From contig NC_003551.1 of NCBI RefSeq assembly GCF_000007185.1, positions 1,110,001 to 1,142,000 of the forward strand: a stretch of 32,000 nt of DNA. The letters run 5' to 3'. Shown piece by piece: positions 9,001 through 18,900 of this stretch. Positions within the stretch are counted from its first letter, which is position 1, and every line of letters begins with the position of its first letter. The notes under the pieces were generated by a model. It was not told the origin of the DNA, did not search any database, and saw only the letters and a list, made by a program, of their open reading frames with translations. The DNA is from Methanopyrus kandleri AV19. Lineage in GTDB: Archaea > JAADCQ01 > Methanopyri > Methanopyrales > Methanopyraceae. The position numbers and the translations under genes are program-made.

Positions 9001-10284
9001 CTACGACGTCCTCGAGCGCTCCCCATTCCTCCTTCGGATCCCCGCGATCTCGTAGTAATCCGGTAGCGACTTGAACCTCCGGTGCTTGCGGATCCACTTG
9101 CCCGGCTCGTCGTACTCGACATCCTCCTCCGAGTCCTCCTCCTTCCGAGTGTCGGCGATAGTGGCCTCGCCCACACCGTTCGAGTCTCCCTCCAACTCCT
9201 CCCACATCCTCGCGTAATGGAGCTCCTTAGGCTCCCTTCCACCACGCAACGTCCGAACGATACAGGCTCCGACGGCTACGAAGTACGATATCGTCAAGAT
9301 CAGTAATACCGTCTTAATGTCCACCTCCAGCTCCCATCCGACACCCAGCTTCTCACACACCTCGTCCCAAGCATCGATCGAGAGGACTATCAGACCGGAG
9401 GTGGAGGGTCCGACTATGGGCGGGATCCCGTCGATCGCCTCGAACCCCAGGTACGCCAGCGATTTCACCTCTATCCCGGCCAGACGCCCGCGACTCCCGA
9501 GCACGAACGCCTTGATCCACCTCTTAGGCACGCTCACCTTCCCCTCCATCAACCCCGCGACCGCCAACACCGCCCGGGCACGCAGTTCACGGACCCGCTC
9601 GGGCTTCCGGGTCAACACGAACCCTCGCGAGACGAGCACGATCGTGTGGGCCCCAGGGGAGGGTTTGATCCGGATCTCGTCCCCCCGAGGTCGAACGAAC
9701 ACCTCGTGGTACGAGGAGAGCAAACCCTCGCAGGCGAGTAACTCACCCCGACCGGGGAGCACATCGGCCAACCTCTCGGCCAACTCCTCGTCCCTCAAGA
9801 AAGTGTGAACGCGCCACGCATCCACCTCAACGTGACCGCCGAAAGTCACGATACCGACACGGTGATACTTGAACGACGAAACCCTGACGACGATCCAACC
9901 GTCGTCGGTGCTCACGTCTTTAACTTCGATATATTTGTTTAAAACCAAATTCACAAGATAGGGTATTATAACCAAAATTAACGCTATCTCGAATTTGAGT
10001 CGAGCACAAAAGAAGAGCCCAAATGCTGGAAAGAAAGTCATTAGAATTAAACTAGCGACGGCTGGATGGAGTACTATCGGAGTCGGTAACGGTATCGTCT
10101 TTCTGTAAATTATATAGTATTTCAGCGGCCCTGATCGCGGTTTTGGTTCCGATAAATTCCACAGGATAGCTATTGGATATGACCATATCGGAAGTGATAA
10201 CCAAAATATTGTAATAATGACTACTATTATAGATGTTAATCCGATATTAGACAGTAAGTAGTCCAAGGAGTCCAAGGGCGTCAC
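9001..10284 (-). CDS. Membrane protein of unknown function, family with N-terminal TM pair, soluble middle, TM pair
   Basis: 427 aa, N-terminal hydrophobic segments, soluble region ending DEIRIKPSPGAHTIVLVSRGFVLTRKPERVRELRARAVLAVAGLMEG, then more hydrophobic segments (TVLLILTISYFVAVGACIV). Its ATG overlaps the upstream ORF stop by 4 nt. Confidence 0.8.
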   Translation of the reverse strand: MTPLDSLDYLLSNIGLTSIIVVIITIFWLSLPIWSYPIAILWNLSEPKPRSGPLKYYIIYRKTIPLPTPIVLHPAVASLILMTFFPAFGLFFCARLKFEIALILVIIPYLVNLVLNKYIEVKDVSTDDGWIVVRVSSFKYHRVGIVTFGGHVEVDAWRVHTFLRDEELAERLADVLPGRGELLACEGLLSSYHEVFVRPRGDEIRIKPSPGAHTIVLVSRGFVLTRKPERVRELRARAVLAVAGLMEGKVSVPKRWIKAFVLGSRGRLAGIEVKSLAYLGFEAIDGIPPIVGPSTSGLIVLSIDAWDEVCEKLGVGWELEVDIKTVLLILTISYFVAVGACIVRTLRGGREPKELHYARMWEELEGDSNGVGEATIADTRKEEDSEEDVEYDEPGKWIRKHRRFKSLPDYYEIAGIRRRNGERSRTS

Positions 10285-11423
10285 CCTCTACGCGCTTTAT
10301 ACAAATACATTACTTCCGTCAACAGGTCCAATACTTTCCTCTTAGAGGTTATAGGAGAGATTACTAGTGAGATCCCAGTAGATACTGCGACACTGGCGAG
10401 TTGGGGTACGATCACGTAGAATAAGATCGCGTGGAGCGGGTCACTACTAGCTTTTAATATAGTGCAAATTATGTAGTAAACTATGACTAAAGATAGCACA
10501 TAAACGATGATTGGTGTGAACGCCGGGTGGAGACTCGAGAGTAGCATTAGACCGTTACTCTTCACGATTCTATGGCTGGATTCTACCAACGAAACGCCTT
10601 TGGAGCCCACTACAGCGAACTCTATTAACCATTCGAGTAAACTGATTCGATCCAATGATACGTTAGTCTTTTCTTCTATATCTCGTAATGTTGAGGTGTA
10701 ACTATTCCTACCTAAGAGCAATGGTAAGGTTACAGTAGCGAGCGCGTCAAAGTTGTAAACTTTATCTAAATTTGTATTAGATTGGCTTGTAGTCAGTGTA
10801 ATCCCAGGAGTAATCACTGATACGATATTCCCGTTTTCAGGGTTGTGTTTTACTTCAATAATGCTCGAGCCTGGTTTCAACACGCCTAGGTAGAAGTTGA
10901 CACGTTCGACGCCATCAAGTGTGGAAAATAATGTTCTCAGAAGACGCTCGGTCCGCTTTGAAATTGAGTACTTTATAAGTTCGCTACCGCGTGTTTTAAG
11001 TTCTAATTGGATGTTATTAGTGTGTATATTCTCGCTGAAACTAGCGATTAAGATTGGTTGGTAAGTGATTGTGAAAAGCTTGATTCTAATTTTGTGGTTA
11101 GACGGTAATACTTTCGCTATAGTTATGTATGGGGTCATTGCAGCGAGCCAGAGTGACAGTGATGCTGTGATGGTAACTATGATTAAAATTGCTGTAAGTC
11201 TGAGGAAGTGGAGGTGCTTTTCTTTGGTGACAATACATACGCCACACTCTACGAGGATACTTATGAGAAATACAATATATGATGATACCATGGATAGTCC
11301 AGGGGGTATTAAGATCGGGTACGATCTTAAGATTACGTGATCATCGAGTGTTTCTCGCCTGCACCTAGCCTCTCGCCGGGCCAGTCCTCTCGCGAGAACG
11401 ACCAGGAGAGGGGGTGTGATCAC
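10281..11423 (-). CDS. Membrane protein of unknown function, likely distant paralogue of the downstream gene
   Basis: 380 aa with hydrophobic N- and C-terminal segments and a soluble middle (LGVLKPGSSIIEVKHNPENGNIVSVITPGITLTTS). ATGA-type overlap with 9001-10284 suggests co-transcription. Confidence 0.8.
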   Translation of the reverse strand: MITPPLLVVLARGLARREARCRRETLDDHVILRSYPILIPPGLSMVSSYIVFLISILVECGVCIVTKEKHLHFLRLTAILIIVTITASLSLWLAAMTPYITIAKVLPSNHKIRIKLFTITYQPILIASFSENIHTNNIQLELKTRGSELIKYSISKRTERLLRTLFSTLDGVERVNFYLGVLKPGSSIIEVKHNPENGNIVSVITPGITLTTSQSNTNLDKVYNFDALATVTLPLLLGRNSYTSTLRDIEEKTNVSLDRISLLEWLIEFAVVGSKGVSLVESSHRIVKSNGLMLLSSLHPAFTPIIVYVLSLVIVYYIICTILKASSDPLHAILFYVIVPQLASVAVSTGISLVISPITSKRKVLDLLTEVMYLYKARRG

Positions 11424-11490
11424 GATGATCGAGAAGAGGATCGAGAAGAGCGTGATGAAGGCGATGATCTGCCCGGGCTCGAGAGCCAGC

Positions 11491-11763
11491 TCAAGCCGCC
11501 CCCCACTCCTTCTTCAACCCGGCCGCATGCGGTACTCCCACGGGCTCACGCTCGTCATCAAATGCCTTCTTTATAGTCTCCTTCCCCTTTTCTTCCCAGC
11601 ACTTGGGAACTCCTCCGTTGTAAGTAGGCGGCGTTAATCCCTCAGTAGCCTTGTTGGCGAGACCTTTAGCGAGAGTCCCAGACACTAAGCCCGAGACACC
11701 GACAGCTGTGTTGACGATTCTTTCCCTAACCCTCCCTCTATCACCACGCATCACGTCCCCCAC
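11491..11763 (-). CDS. Small hypothetical protein
   Basis: 90 aa ORF with coherent sequence MGDVMRGDRGRVRERIVNTAVGVSGLVSGTLAKGLANKATEGLTPPTYNGGVPKCWEEKGKETIKKAF. Confidence 0.45.
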   Translation of the reverse strand: MGDVMRGDRGRVRERIVNTAVGVSGLVSGTLAKGLANKATEGLTPPTYNGGVPKCWEEKGKETIKKAFDDEREPVGVPHAAGLKKEWGAA

Positions 11764-11796
11764 GACCCTCGAAGACCAGGCTCAATATTACGTACA

Positions 11797-12807
11797 GTGA
11801 GAGGACGGGGTAGAGCTTCCGGAGGAGGTCACCCACCCGGCCCGACTCGACCCGCAAGGAACCAGAACTCCGATACGACCTCCCTCACCTGGGGATCACC
11901 GCAGATTAAGCGCAGGAAGTCCTCCACGGGCGACGGACCCCCGCGCGACCTCCGTTCGGGCGGAGGGGGCGGTTCCTCACCGCCTTTCGTCTCCGGAGAG
12001 TTCAAATGGGGAGCGCTCAACCCCGTCCCGTGGACCGACGGTGATCGGCGGGGGCGGTCGGGGGGCTTGATCGAGGTCCTGACGGTCCTGCTAGCCCACG
12101 ATCCGACCCTCATGGACCCGTGCACGCACGGGTTGGAGGTCGTTGTCACCGGCGTGCGGGGCGCCGGGAGGGTTGGGGGTGGGAGGGAGGAGACCGGTGG
12201 CGTGGGTAAGGGCGTTGGAGGCGGGGGTCGTGGTGGGAAGGTTGGTGGGGGCGGGAAGACCGTGCACCCGAGTGAGTTGTTGACGAAGCCCAAGTGGCGG
12301 TTCCTCCGCGAGACCCTCGGGGGCGGGGTGAAGGCTCGACGGGCGCACGCGTTCCGATGGTTGACCCGCGCGTACCACCCGCTCCGATCGTACTACCTGT
12401 CGAGCCTGGCGACCGCGTTCACCGGCCTCTGCGTCGGACTACTGGCCGTCCCCCTGGCGACCCGCGCTCGACGGTGGAGGCCCGAGACGGTCGCCTTCGC
12501 GGCGATCGCCCTGATCGTGACGGTCTCGACACTGTGCTGGGAGGCGTTCCTGGGGTACCTAGCATCGTGCCAGTTCCTCGCTAGGGTGACGGAGGGGGAC
12601 GCTCACCTCGCCCTGAGCGAGTTCCGTACGTGGGGGATCACGGGCGTGGGTTACCTGCTCGCGGTGTACGCCGTCCTCGCCTCCCTCCTGGCGTGCGCAG
12701 CGTGGAGGAAGCTGGGCGGTCGAGCCTCGCTCCGCCTCGCCCCGCTCCTGGTGCTCCCGTTCCTAACCGGACTGTGGTTCATCCGACTCGGACTCGCGGT
12801 GGCGTGA
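11797..12807 (+). CDS. Membrane protein of unknown function; true start uncertain (only the part from about 12270 is convincingly coding)
   Basis: C-terminal half has four hydrophobic segments (LATAFTGLCVGLLAVPLATRA, VAFAAIALIVTVSTLCWEAFLGYLA, GVGYLLAVYAVLASLLACAAW, LAPLLVLPFLTGLWFIRLGLAVA). The upstream half is low-complexity Gly-rich. Confidence 0.55.
   Translation: MRGRGRASGGGHPPGPTRPARNQNSDTTSLTWGSPQIKRRKSSTGDGPPRDLRSGGGGGSSPPFVSGEFKWGALNPVPWTDGDRRGRSGGLIEVLTVLLAHDPTLMDPCTHGLEVVVTGVRGAGRVGGGREETGGVGKGVGGGGRGGKVGGGGKTVHPSELLTKPKWRFLRETLGGGVKARRAHAFRWLTRAYHPLRSYYLSSLATAFTGLCVGLLAVPLATRARRWRPETVAFAAIALIVTVSTLCWEAFLGYLASCQFLARVTEGDAHLALSEFRTWGITGVGYLLAVYAVLASLLACAAWRKLGGRASLRLAPLLVLPFLTGLWFIRLGLAVA
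12166..12187 (+). other. Canonical G-quadruplex-forming sequence
   Basis: GGGAGGGTTGGGGGTGGGAGGG: five G-runs of at least 3 with 1-2 nt loops, followed by more G-runs to 12255. Confidence 0.7.
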
Positions 12808-14079
12808 CGCGATCGGGTCACCATCCCTCGAGAGCCACTTCCCATACCACTTCCCATCGTAGGGATCGCGCCCCAGCACGCTCTCGTACACTCGACCCTC
12901 CCTCACAAGCCTCCAGCTGCGCAGGGCCGTGTCGAGATTGATGACAAACACCCCTAGGGCCGAGACGGGCGGGATCAGGAGGATCGCCGGGGCCAGGTAC
13001 CACCAGGTGTGGAGAAGTTTCAAGCTCGGCTTCACCCCGATCAGCTTCACCCACGCCGGCGTCACCAGACAGCACACACCGGTCCCGAGCATGCTGACGG
13101 CAACCTCGTAGTGCCTTAACACGTCAGTCAGGGAAAAGCGGCGGTTGAGGTACACGAGCTCGTTCCAGCCGGCTCGGTTGTTCACGACGGACCCCAACAG
13201 CCCGTCCACCTCCTCCGGCTCGGGGGACTCCTCCTTCTCCAAGCACAGGGCCGCGTACACCATTGAGAACTTCTCCCACCACCGAAGGAGGTGGAAGGCC
13301 TTCTCACGATCCTTCAGCAGTCCCTGAGCGTCGTGGAGTACGCACACACCTCGGGTCCTCAGGAAGAGGAAGCCGCAGTCCCGAACCTCCACCTTGCACG
13401 GACCGGGCCTGAAGTACCCGACCCGAATTCTCAAATTCGATGGCTGACCACCCGGCGCCTCCCCGTACCTAACCGGGTAGGAGCTGAGCTCCCGGAACCT
13501 CGAAACCTCCACCTCCCCATCCGTGATCAGCTCGGCCTCGCAGTACCCCAGTGAGAGCAGCGCGATGGAGAGCCTCCGCCGGTCGCCCCTCATCCGGGGG
13601 AATCCGATGAACCCGAGGGTGAGGGCGGCCGGCAGCGCGCTCGACACGGTAAGGCAAAGCATCAACGACGTCAGGGCAAACACGATGAACGACGGGCTAA
13701 ACCACTCCCGCCCGGTTAGGGGTAGGGACCAGACGACGAAAACCGGGAGTGTGGACGATACGAGCAGGGAGAAGAGAATGAGTTCTCCAACCTGAGCACG
13801 TGTGAACAACAGGCGGAACGAGGCCGTGCGACAACGAACGGTACACCGATCGTGAAACGTTACGTCGCGGGGCCCTGGAACCTCCTCACCCTGGAAGATC
13901 GCATCGCATATCCCGAAGGACAACCATACGCTTAAAGCGCACGATCCTATCGATACGGCAAGTACACTCAAGATTACAATTGAATCATATCCACAGATCG
14001 AACCGAGTACTACATAGGCCAAGAGAGAGACGTAACCCAAGCTCGCCAGTAACAGCTTAGATGATCTAGAGATACGCAT
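12763..14079 (-). CDS. Membrane protein, SLGYCEAEL / GYFxPG / FLFLRTRGVC family
   Basis: 438 aa: LSIALLSLGYCEAELITDGEVEVSRFRELSSYPVRYG...LRIRVGYFRPGPCKVEVRDCGFLFLRTRGVCVLHDAQGLLKDREKAFHLLRWWEKFSMVYAALCLEKEE. Closely matches the 29876-31204 product. Confidence 0.9.
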   Translation of the reverse strand: MRISRSSKLLLASLGYVSLLAYVVLGSICGYDSIVILSVLAVSIGSCALSVWLSFGICDAIFQGEEVPGPRDVTFHDRCTVRCRTASFRLLFTRAQVGELILFSLLVSSTLPVFVVWSLPLTGREWFSPSFIVFALTSLMLCLTVSSALPAALTLGFIGFPRMRGDRRRLSIALLSLGYCEAELITDGEVEVSRFRELSSYPVRYGEAPGGQPSNLRIRVGYFRPGPCKVEVRDCGFLFLRTRGVCVLHDAQGLLKDREKAFHLLRWWEKFSMVYAALCLEKEESPEPEEVDGLLGSVVNNRAGWNELVYLNRRFSLTDVLRHYEVAVSMLGTGVCCLVTPAWVKLIGVKPSLKLLHTWWYLAPAILLIPPVSALGVFVINLDTALRSWRLVREGRVYESVLGRDPYDGKWYGKWLSRDGDPIASRHRESESDEPQSG

Positions 14080-14112
14080 CGTCGAAGAGCAGCCCCCAAG
14101 CCGGCGTTACGA

Positions 14113-14406
14113 CTAGTCAAAAAGGGACGAGTCAAGGTCATAGAGGGATGGCCACCTTAATGCGTACAGTGATAGTGCAGTGGTAACAATCACGTACGTT
14201 GCTTCATCGTACTCCTTTTTGATATACTTAGCAACCGCTCCTACAGTCTTAAATAGAGCTCCAATAACGACAAGTGCGGTTAAGATCCCCGTTACATTTA
14301 ATTGTAAAGGTGGCAAGCGGGGTGATACGTACGGCAATATCCACAGTGCAGTGGACCCTATGTTCATCAGGAGATCTCCGAAGGTAATAAGAGTGTCAGG
14401 ATCCAA
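14113..14406 (-). CDS. Small hydrophobic protein downstream of the decayed duplicate
   Basis: 97 aa, two hydrophobic stretches (LLMNIGSTALWILPYVSPRLPP, VTGILTALVVIGALFKTVGAVAKYI). Confidence 0.5.
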   Translation of the reverse strand: MDPDTLITFGDLLMNIGSTALWILPYVSPRLPPLQLNVTGILTALVVIGALFKTVGAVAKYIKKEYDEATYVIVTTALSLYALRWPSLYDLDSSLFD

Positions 14407-14450
14407 GCCCCTCTTCTTGCGGACATAATCCCAGAGATTGGCGGCATCAC

Positions 14451-15670
14451 TTATGCCGAGGGGATAGGCCCGCCGAAAGAGGTCACGTTCTCCTCGAAGA
14501 ATTTTTGGAACGCTTCACCTAGCGCTGATATTATGCTCCTCTTATCGTCTGGCTCTAGCGGTGATGCTGCGATCGCCCCGACGAACGTAATAAACACTGA
14601 GTACATTACTTGCGTTATTACGTAGTCAAAATACATTAAGGTGGTGACTCCTTTTTTACCTTTTGTATATACTTTCAGCGTTCCAGTCGTCGGGTCGTAT
14701 TCTGGTACTTCCCCTTTAGTCAACATCTGTATTGAAGACTCTTTGCTAGTTCTTCCGTATGGTTTTACCTCCAATTCCTTTAGCAGTCTCTCTAAGCCCA
14801 GCTTGATGTTGTCAGGCAGTAGTATCCACTCTTCCTCACCGTAATATGGCTCTCCGGTAACCTTAGAAATTACATAATTCTCTATAACCTGTGTTAGTAT
14901 CGAAGCCCTAGTGTTGAGCGCTCGTTGTGTCACCGGATCCGCGTAGAATTCAACCCCAAGTAGTACCGTAGGCGTGTCCAAAGAGAGTCCCAGTCGGACT
15001 TTATTATCATCCTATTTCTCGACCGTAACCTGTGCGACAATCACTCCGAGTAGAGCCCTAACTCAACTCGCTTTATAATCCTAACAGAGCTTGTTTATAG
15101 TTTAATTGTAATAATAAGCTTCGAGAATTAGTAGTAAGCTTGTTAGTACTATCAGGGCTAGTTTCTCATCCTATTTGACCTCGTCCTTGAGCCCAGCTAG
15201 TGCTTGGGCCCATTTGGTAAAGTCCTCTGGGGAGTACTCGAACCCGGGTGGTAGGCATAATACTACGAGGTAGAATTCACTCTCTAACTTAATAGTACGT
15301 AGTGCCTTCGGACCGTACTCCACGGTGATCTCGTTAACTGGTGGAGCACGCTTCCACTCCGGGGGTAGTACCGGATTCCTCAGATCGATGACGGAATACT
15401 CCAGGTCCCCTCGGGTCGTGTGGATTAGTAGTAGACTGGGCTCGGTGAGGTCGATCGCTTGGTCATCGAGCTTGACCCTCACCTTGAGCTCGCACAGTAA
15501 CTCGCTCTTACCCGGTTCCAACAGCGCGTGGTACTCCCTCCCCACTCGGTACGTTAGTCCTAGGAGCCAGACTCGGGCTCGCGGTGGTCGGTCCAAGAGG
15601 ACGAGCTTCTCGATCCTCTGACCGGGTGGTGCTTGGACCCTGAGGAGCCAAGCGCGCACTCTCTTATCAT
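14451..15670 (-). pseudogene. Decayed inverted partial copy of the C-terminal region of the 20802-26363 gene, with a different C-terminal tail
   Basis: Minus-strand RVQAPPGQRIEKLVLLDRPPRARVWLLGLTYRVG...KWAQALAGLKDEVK and MDTPTVLLGVEFYADPVTQRALNTRASILTQVIENYVISKVTGEPYY match 25060-26080 at protein and DNA level. The stretch between them keeps DNA homology but carries five in-frame stops. Confidence 0.9.
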
Positions 15671-15913
15671 CTCATCTAGCTGCGCCAGCTAAGACCGAGC
15701 CCTGTCAACGAGTGTCACTGGGTCCGGCGCCCCCCGATACAGGAAATCGTTGTAATAACCGTAACGATGTGCTCTTACACTGTCGGATTGGAGGCACGCC
15801 CTGAGTACTCTCTGTAAACTTCGGGTTATCACACTCCGAAAACTGTAATGATCATTTAGTCTCGGAGAAGTGAACGTCTGCGCGACTCGGTCGGTTAGGG
15901 GAACATCGCGGGT

Positions 15914-18900
15914 ATGTCCCGGTTGAGAGTAGCTTCAGTGATCATCTGGTTGCTGTGGATCTCCCCACCGGCCTCCGGGTACGTGTGCTGGAGTGTTCCC
16001 GTCGGGGAGTCCGTGACCTCGGTCGAATCATGTGGGGACGCGGCCGTACTGGTGACGAGTTCTAATCGCGTCCTGGTGGCCGAGCTCGACGCGTCGAGCG
16101 TCCGACTCTCGGAGGTCCTCAATTTCCACCTACCCAGTGGAACGAAAGTAGTGTCCGTGATGAGGAGCGGATTAGGACTCGTCTTCGACGCGGGCCGAAT
16201 CCTCGATGACGGCATCGAGGTCTATCGTGGGGTTCTTACACACGGGGATAGAGGATGGAGGGGCGAACTGGTTCGGACCGTAGCCAAGTTCGAGGAGATT
16301 TCCCAACGGGTCAAGTCCGGAGAGTGGCGAGTCCTCGAGGTCTCTAACCTGGCTTCCGACCGTACTGGCGGGCTGTACGCCGCCGCGCTGTTAGAATCCG
16401 TGGACGGGGATTTAATCGTAGAGGTTTGGAATTTACCGGAGAGGAGCGTGATCGCGGACTTCTCGGCGACTGAGGTGAGAAGACTGGCGATAGGGGACGA
16501 AGGCACGCTCTTAGTGGCGTGTGGAGATGGAGTCGCCGTCGTCGACGGTAGGAATGTACGGTTCGTTACCGTCCCCGGTGTCGTCATCGACATGGTGGGA
16601 AGGTGGGTTCTGTACGAGGATTGGCTAGGTTACGCGCTGGGGGAGGTTACGACTTCGGGGTTACGTGAGCTGGTGAGATTACCCGGGCCAGCGCATCGCG
16701 TGACCGTATGGTCGACGGGTGGGGATGCCTACATCCTAGCTTACGGTGGGAACATCGTCTACGTTGTGGACCCCGAGGATCGGACCGTAGTAACGGTGTT
16801 AGACTTACCCGGACGCGTGGAGTTCCTCGCCCCGCCTTTCGTCGTTTACTCCGGTAAAATCGGCGTCTTGTACCTCGCCAAGATTATGGTACAACTGGAA
16901 GAGGGCTTGTGTCCGGCGGTGAAAACGTGGTTCGTGTGGCTGGACTGGTGTGCCGTATACATCGTCGACAGGAAGGTACCTGCGATATACAAAGTAGTTG
17001 AAGTTCGAGACAAATTAGGCCCTAATTGGATTAAAACTAGGAGTGGAGGAGTGACCTTTTGGTACAAACGAGTCTTTTTAAAAAGAGTTTGGCCACGGCA
17101 CCCTACAGAACTTCATCTTGATGATATTGGTATCGTCGTAATAGGAGAACGTAATTCTAAGATACGAGTATACTGCTTAGATGAACGTACTGAGGAAGTA
17201 TTGAAGAATTTGCTTCGTTCGCCGGACGTATGCGATATACTCAATGTGTATCCTGGCTCTGCAGTCTTCATAGTAGATTTCAAATGGAGGGATCAAAGGA
17301 TACCGGCCTTCCGGTTTGTCAGGAAGTCCGGGTGGCTGGTCACGGGGTTCATCGATGAGGACGACGTCTGCCCGAACTCGGATTACGACGACGTCGTCTT
17401 GAGCGTCCCAATCTCACCCCTAACGGCCGCTCACTCGGGGATGCCGGTAATACCCTTACTCTACGGTAAGGACTGGGTATTACTATCGGCACTCCTTCCC
17501 AACTTCGACTGGTGCTGGGATAAAACGAGCGAGTTGAAAGTGTTCGTTAACGGTAAGGAGTCCGAGTTCTACGTGGTGGACTGGTCCAATAAGACCATTC
17601 GTGGTCCGTTCACGAAGTTAAAATTAAAAATTGGTAAAGATAAGCAGTTATTCATACTATTACGCGGCTTGTCCGAACCCGAATCTATCAGGATCGTTCT
17701 CAAGAGGCCTTTGGGACCCGTGTATGAGGGTTATACGGAATACGCCCCGCCTAAGGTCTCGATCTCCCGACCGTCCGCCCGTTTAGTCGAGTATAACGCG
17801 AAGGAAGACAAGGTCACGGTCGCAGTGAGCGCGGAAGTGAGCGTCCGAAACACCGTCATCAGGAGACTGACAATCGAAGTGTTCGACCTCTTCGGTAGGA
17901 CACTAACACGTAAAGTGATGGGGCCTCTACCGCCCGGAAAACACCATATCGAAAAACGACTGAGTTTCATGCCCCCCGAGCACGGCCCGCTCAAGATCAT
18001 CCTCCTCGCCGAGTACGACGGTGACCTGGTTATCGTGAGTGATCGTGAGTTCGTACTCCGGGCGGAGCCCGAGCGGGCGGAGCTAACCGTCTCTTACGAA
18101 CGACCCGGTAGACTCACCGCACGCGTACTGGACTACGGTCGGGATTGGGTCGAACTCCGCGTAGAATCCGAGGAACCCGGGAACCTCCACCTCGAGGACT
18201 CGAAGGGACGACCCGTACCCTACTACGTCCTCGAGGGTAACGAGCTCTCGGGACCGTACGACGGGGAACACCCGCTCGAGTTGGGCACGACACCCGTGAT
18301 CCTCATCCTACGGGACTTGAAACCCGGGGAGGCCTACCGGTTCAAGCTGATACGCGAGGGTAGGATCCCGACCGCGTTCGAGCTCGAGTGCGCCCTCCCC
18401 GAAGCCAACCTCGACGTCGAACTCCTGAGCGGTACCCTCGAGGGACGCTCTCTGACGTTGAAATTCTCAGTCCGGGGCTCCACCGTGAACTCGACGTTCA
18501 AGAGGTTGAACCTAGTCCTGCGAGAGGATGACCGAATCCTCTGGCGTGAGGAGGTCGACCTGGACAATACCACGTGGTTCGACCTACCCTTCGAGACCAC
18601 GGTCGAGGTGGGCGGTGACGAGGGCACCCTCACCCTCGAGGTCACCGCCCATTACGACCACGACACCGTCCTCCCGGAGGGTAACGAGTTCGAGGTTCGA
18701 GAGGCACCCGCGAGGCGGGTCCTGAGGATCGCGTACGGTCGCCCGCACGTCGAACTCGAGGACTACGGACTCAACTGGCTCCTACTCCGAATCCTCCCCT
18801 GGAGACCGGGCGACCTACTCGTACGGGTGAATGGGAAACCAGTAACGTACTATGTGAAACATGGAAACGAGTTCGAGAAACACTCCGAGGACGACCCGTA

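Noticed and set aside
11829-12293. Minus-strand Pro-rich ORF (154 aa)
   Set aside because: Complement of the G-rich low-complexity tract; Pro/Thr runs are explained by G-runs.
14113-15670. Idea that the region is a polymorphic-toxin cassette with immunity gene
   Set aside because: The alternative tail and small hydrophobic neighbour fit the layout superficially, but there is no nuclease, deaminase or pore-former motif I can recognise and the core is a pseudogene. Only the tail-replacement observation is kept.
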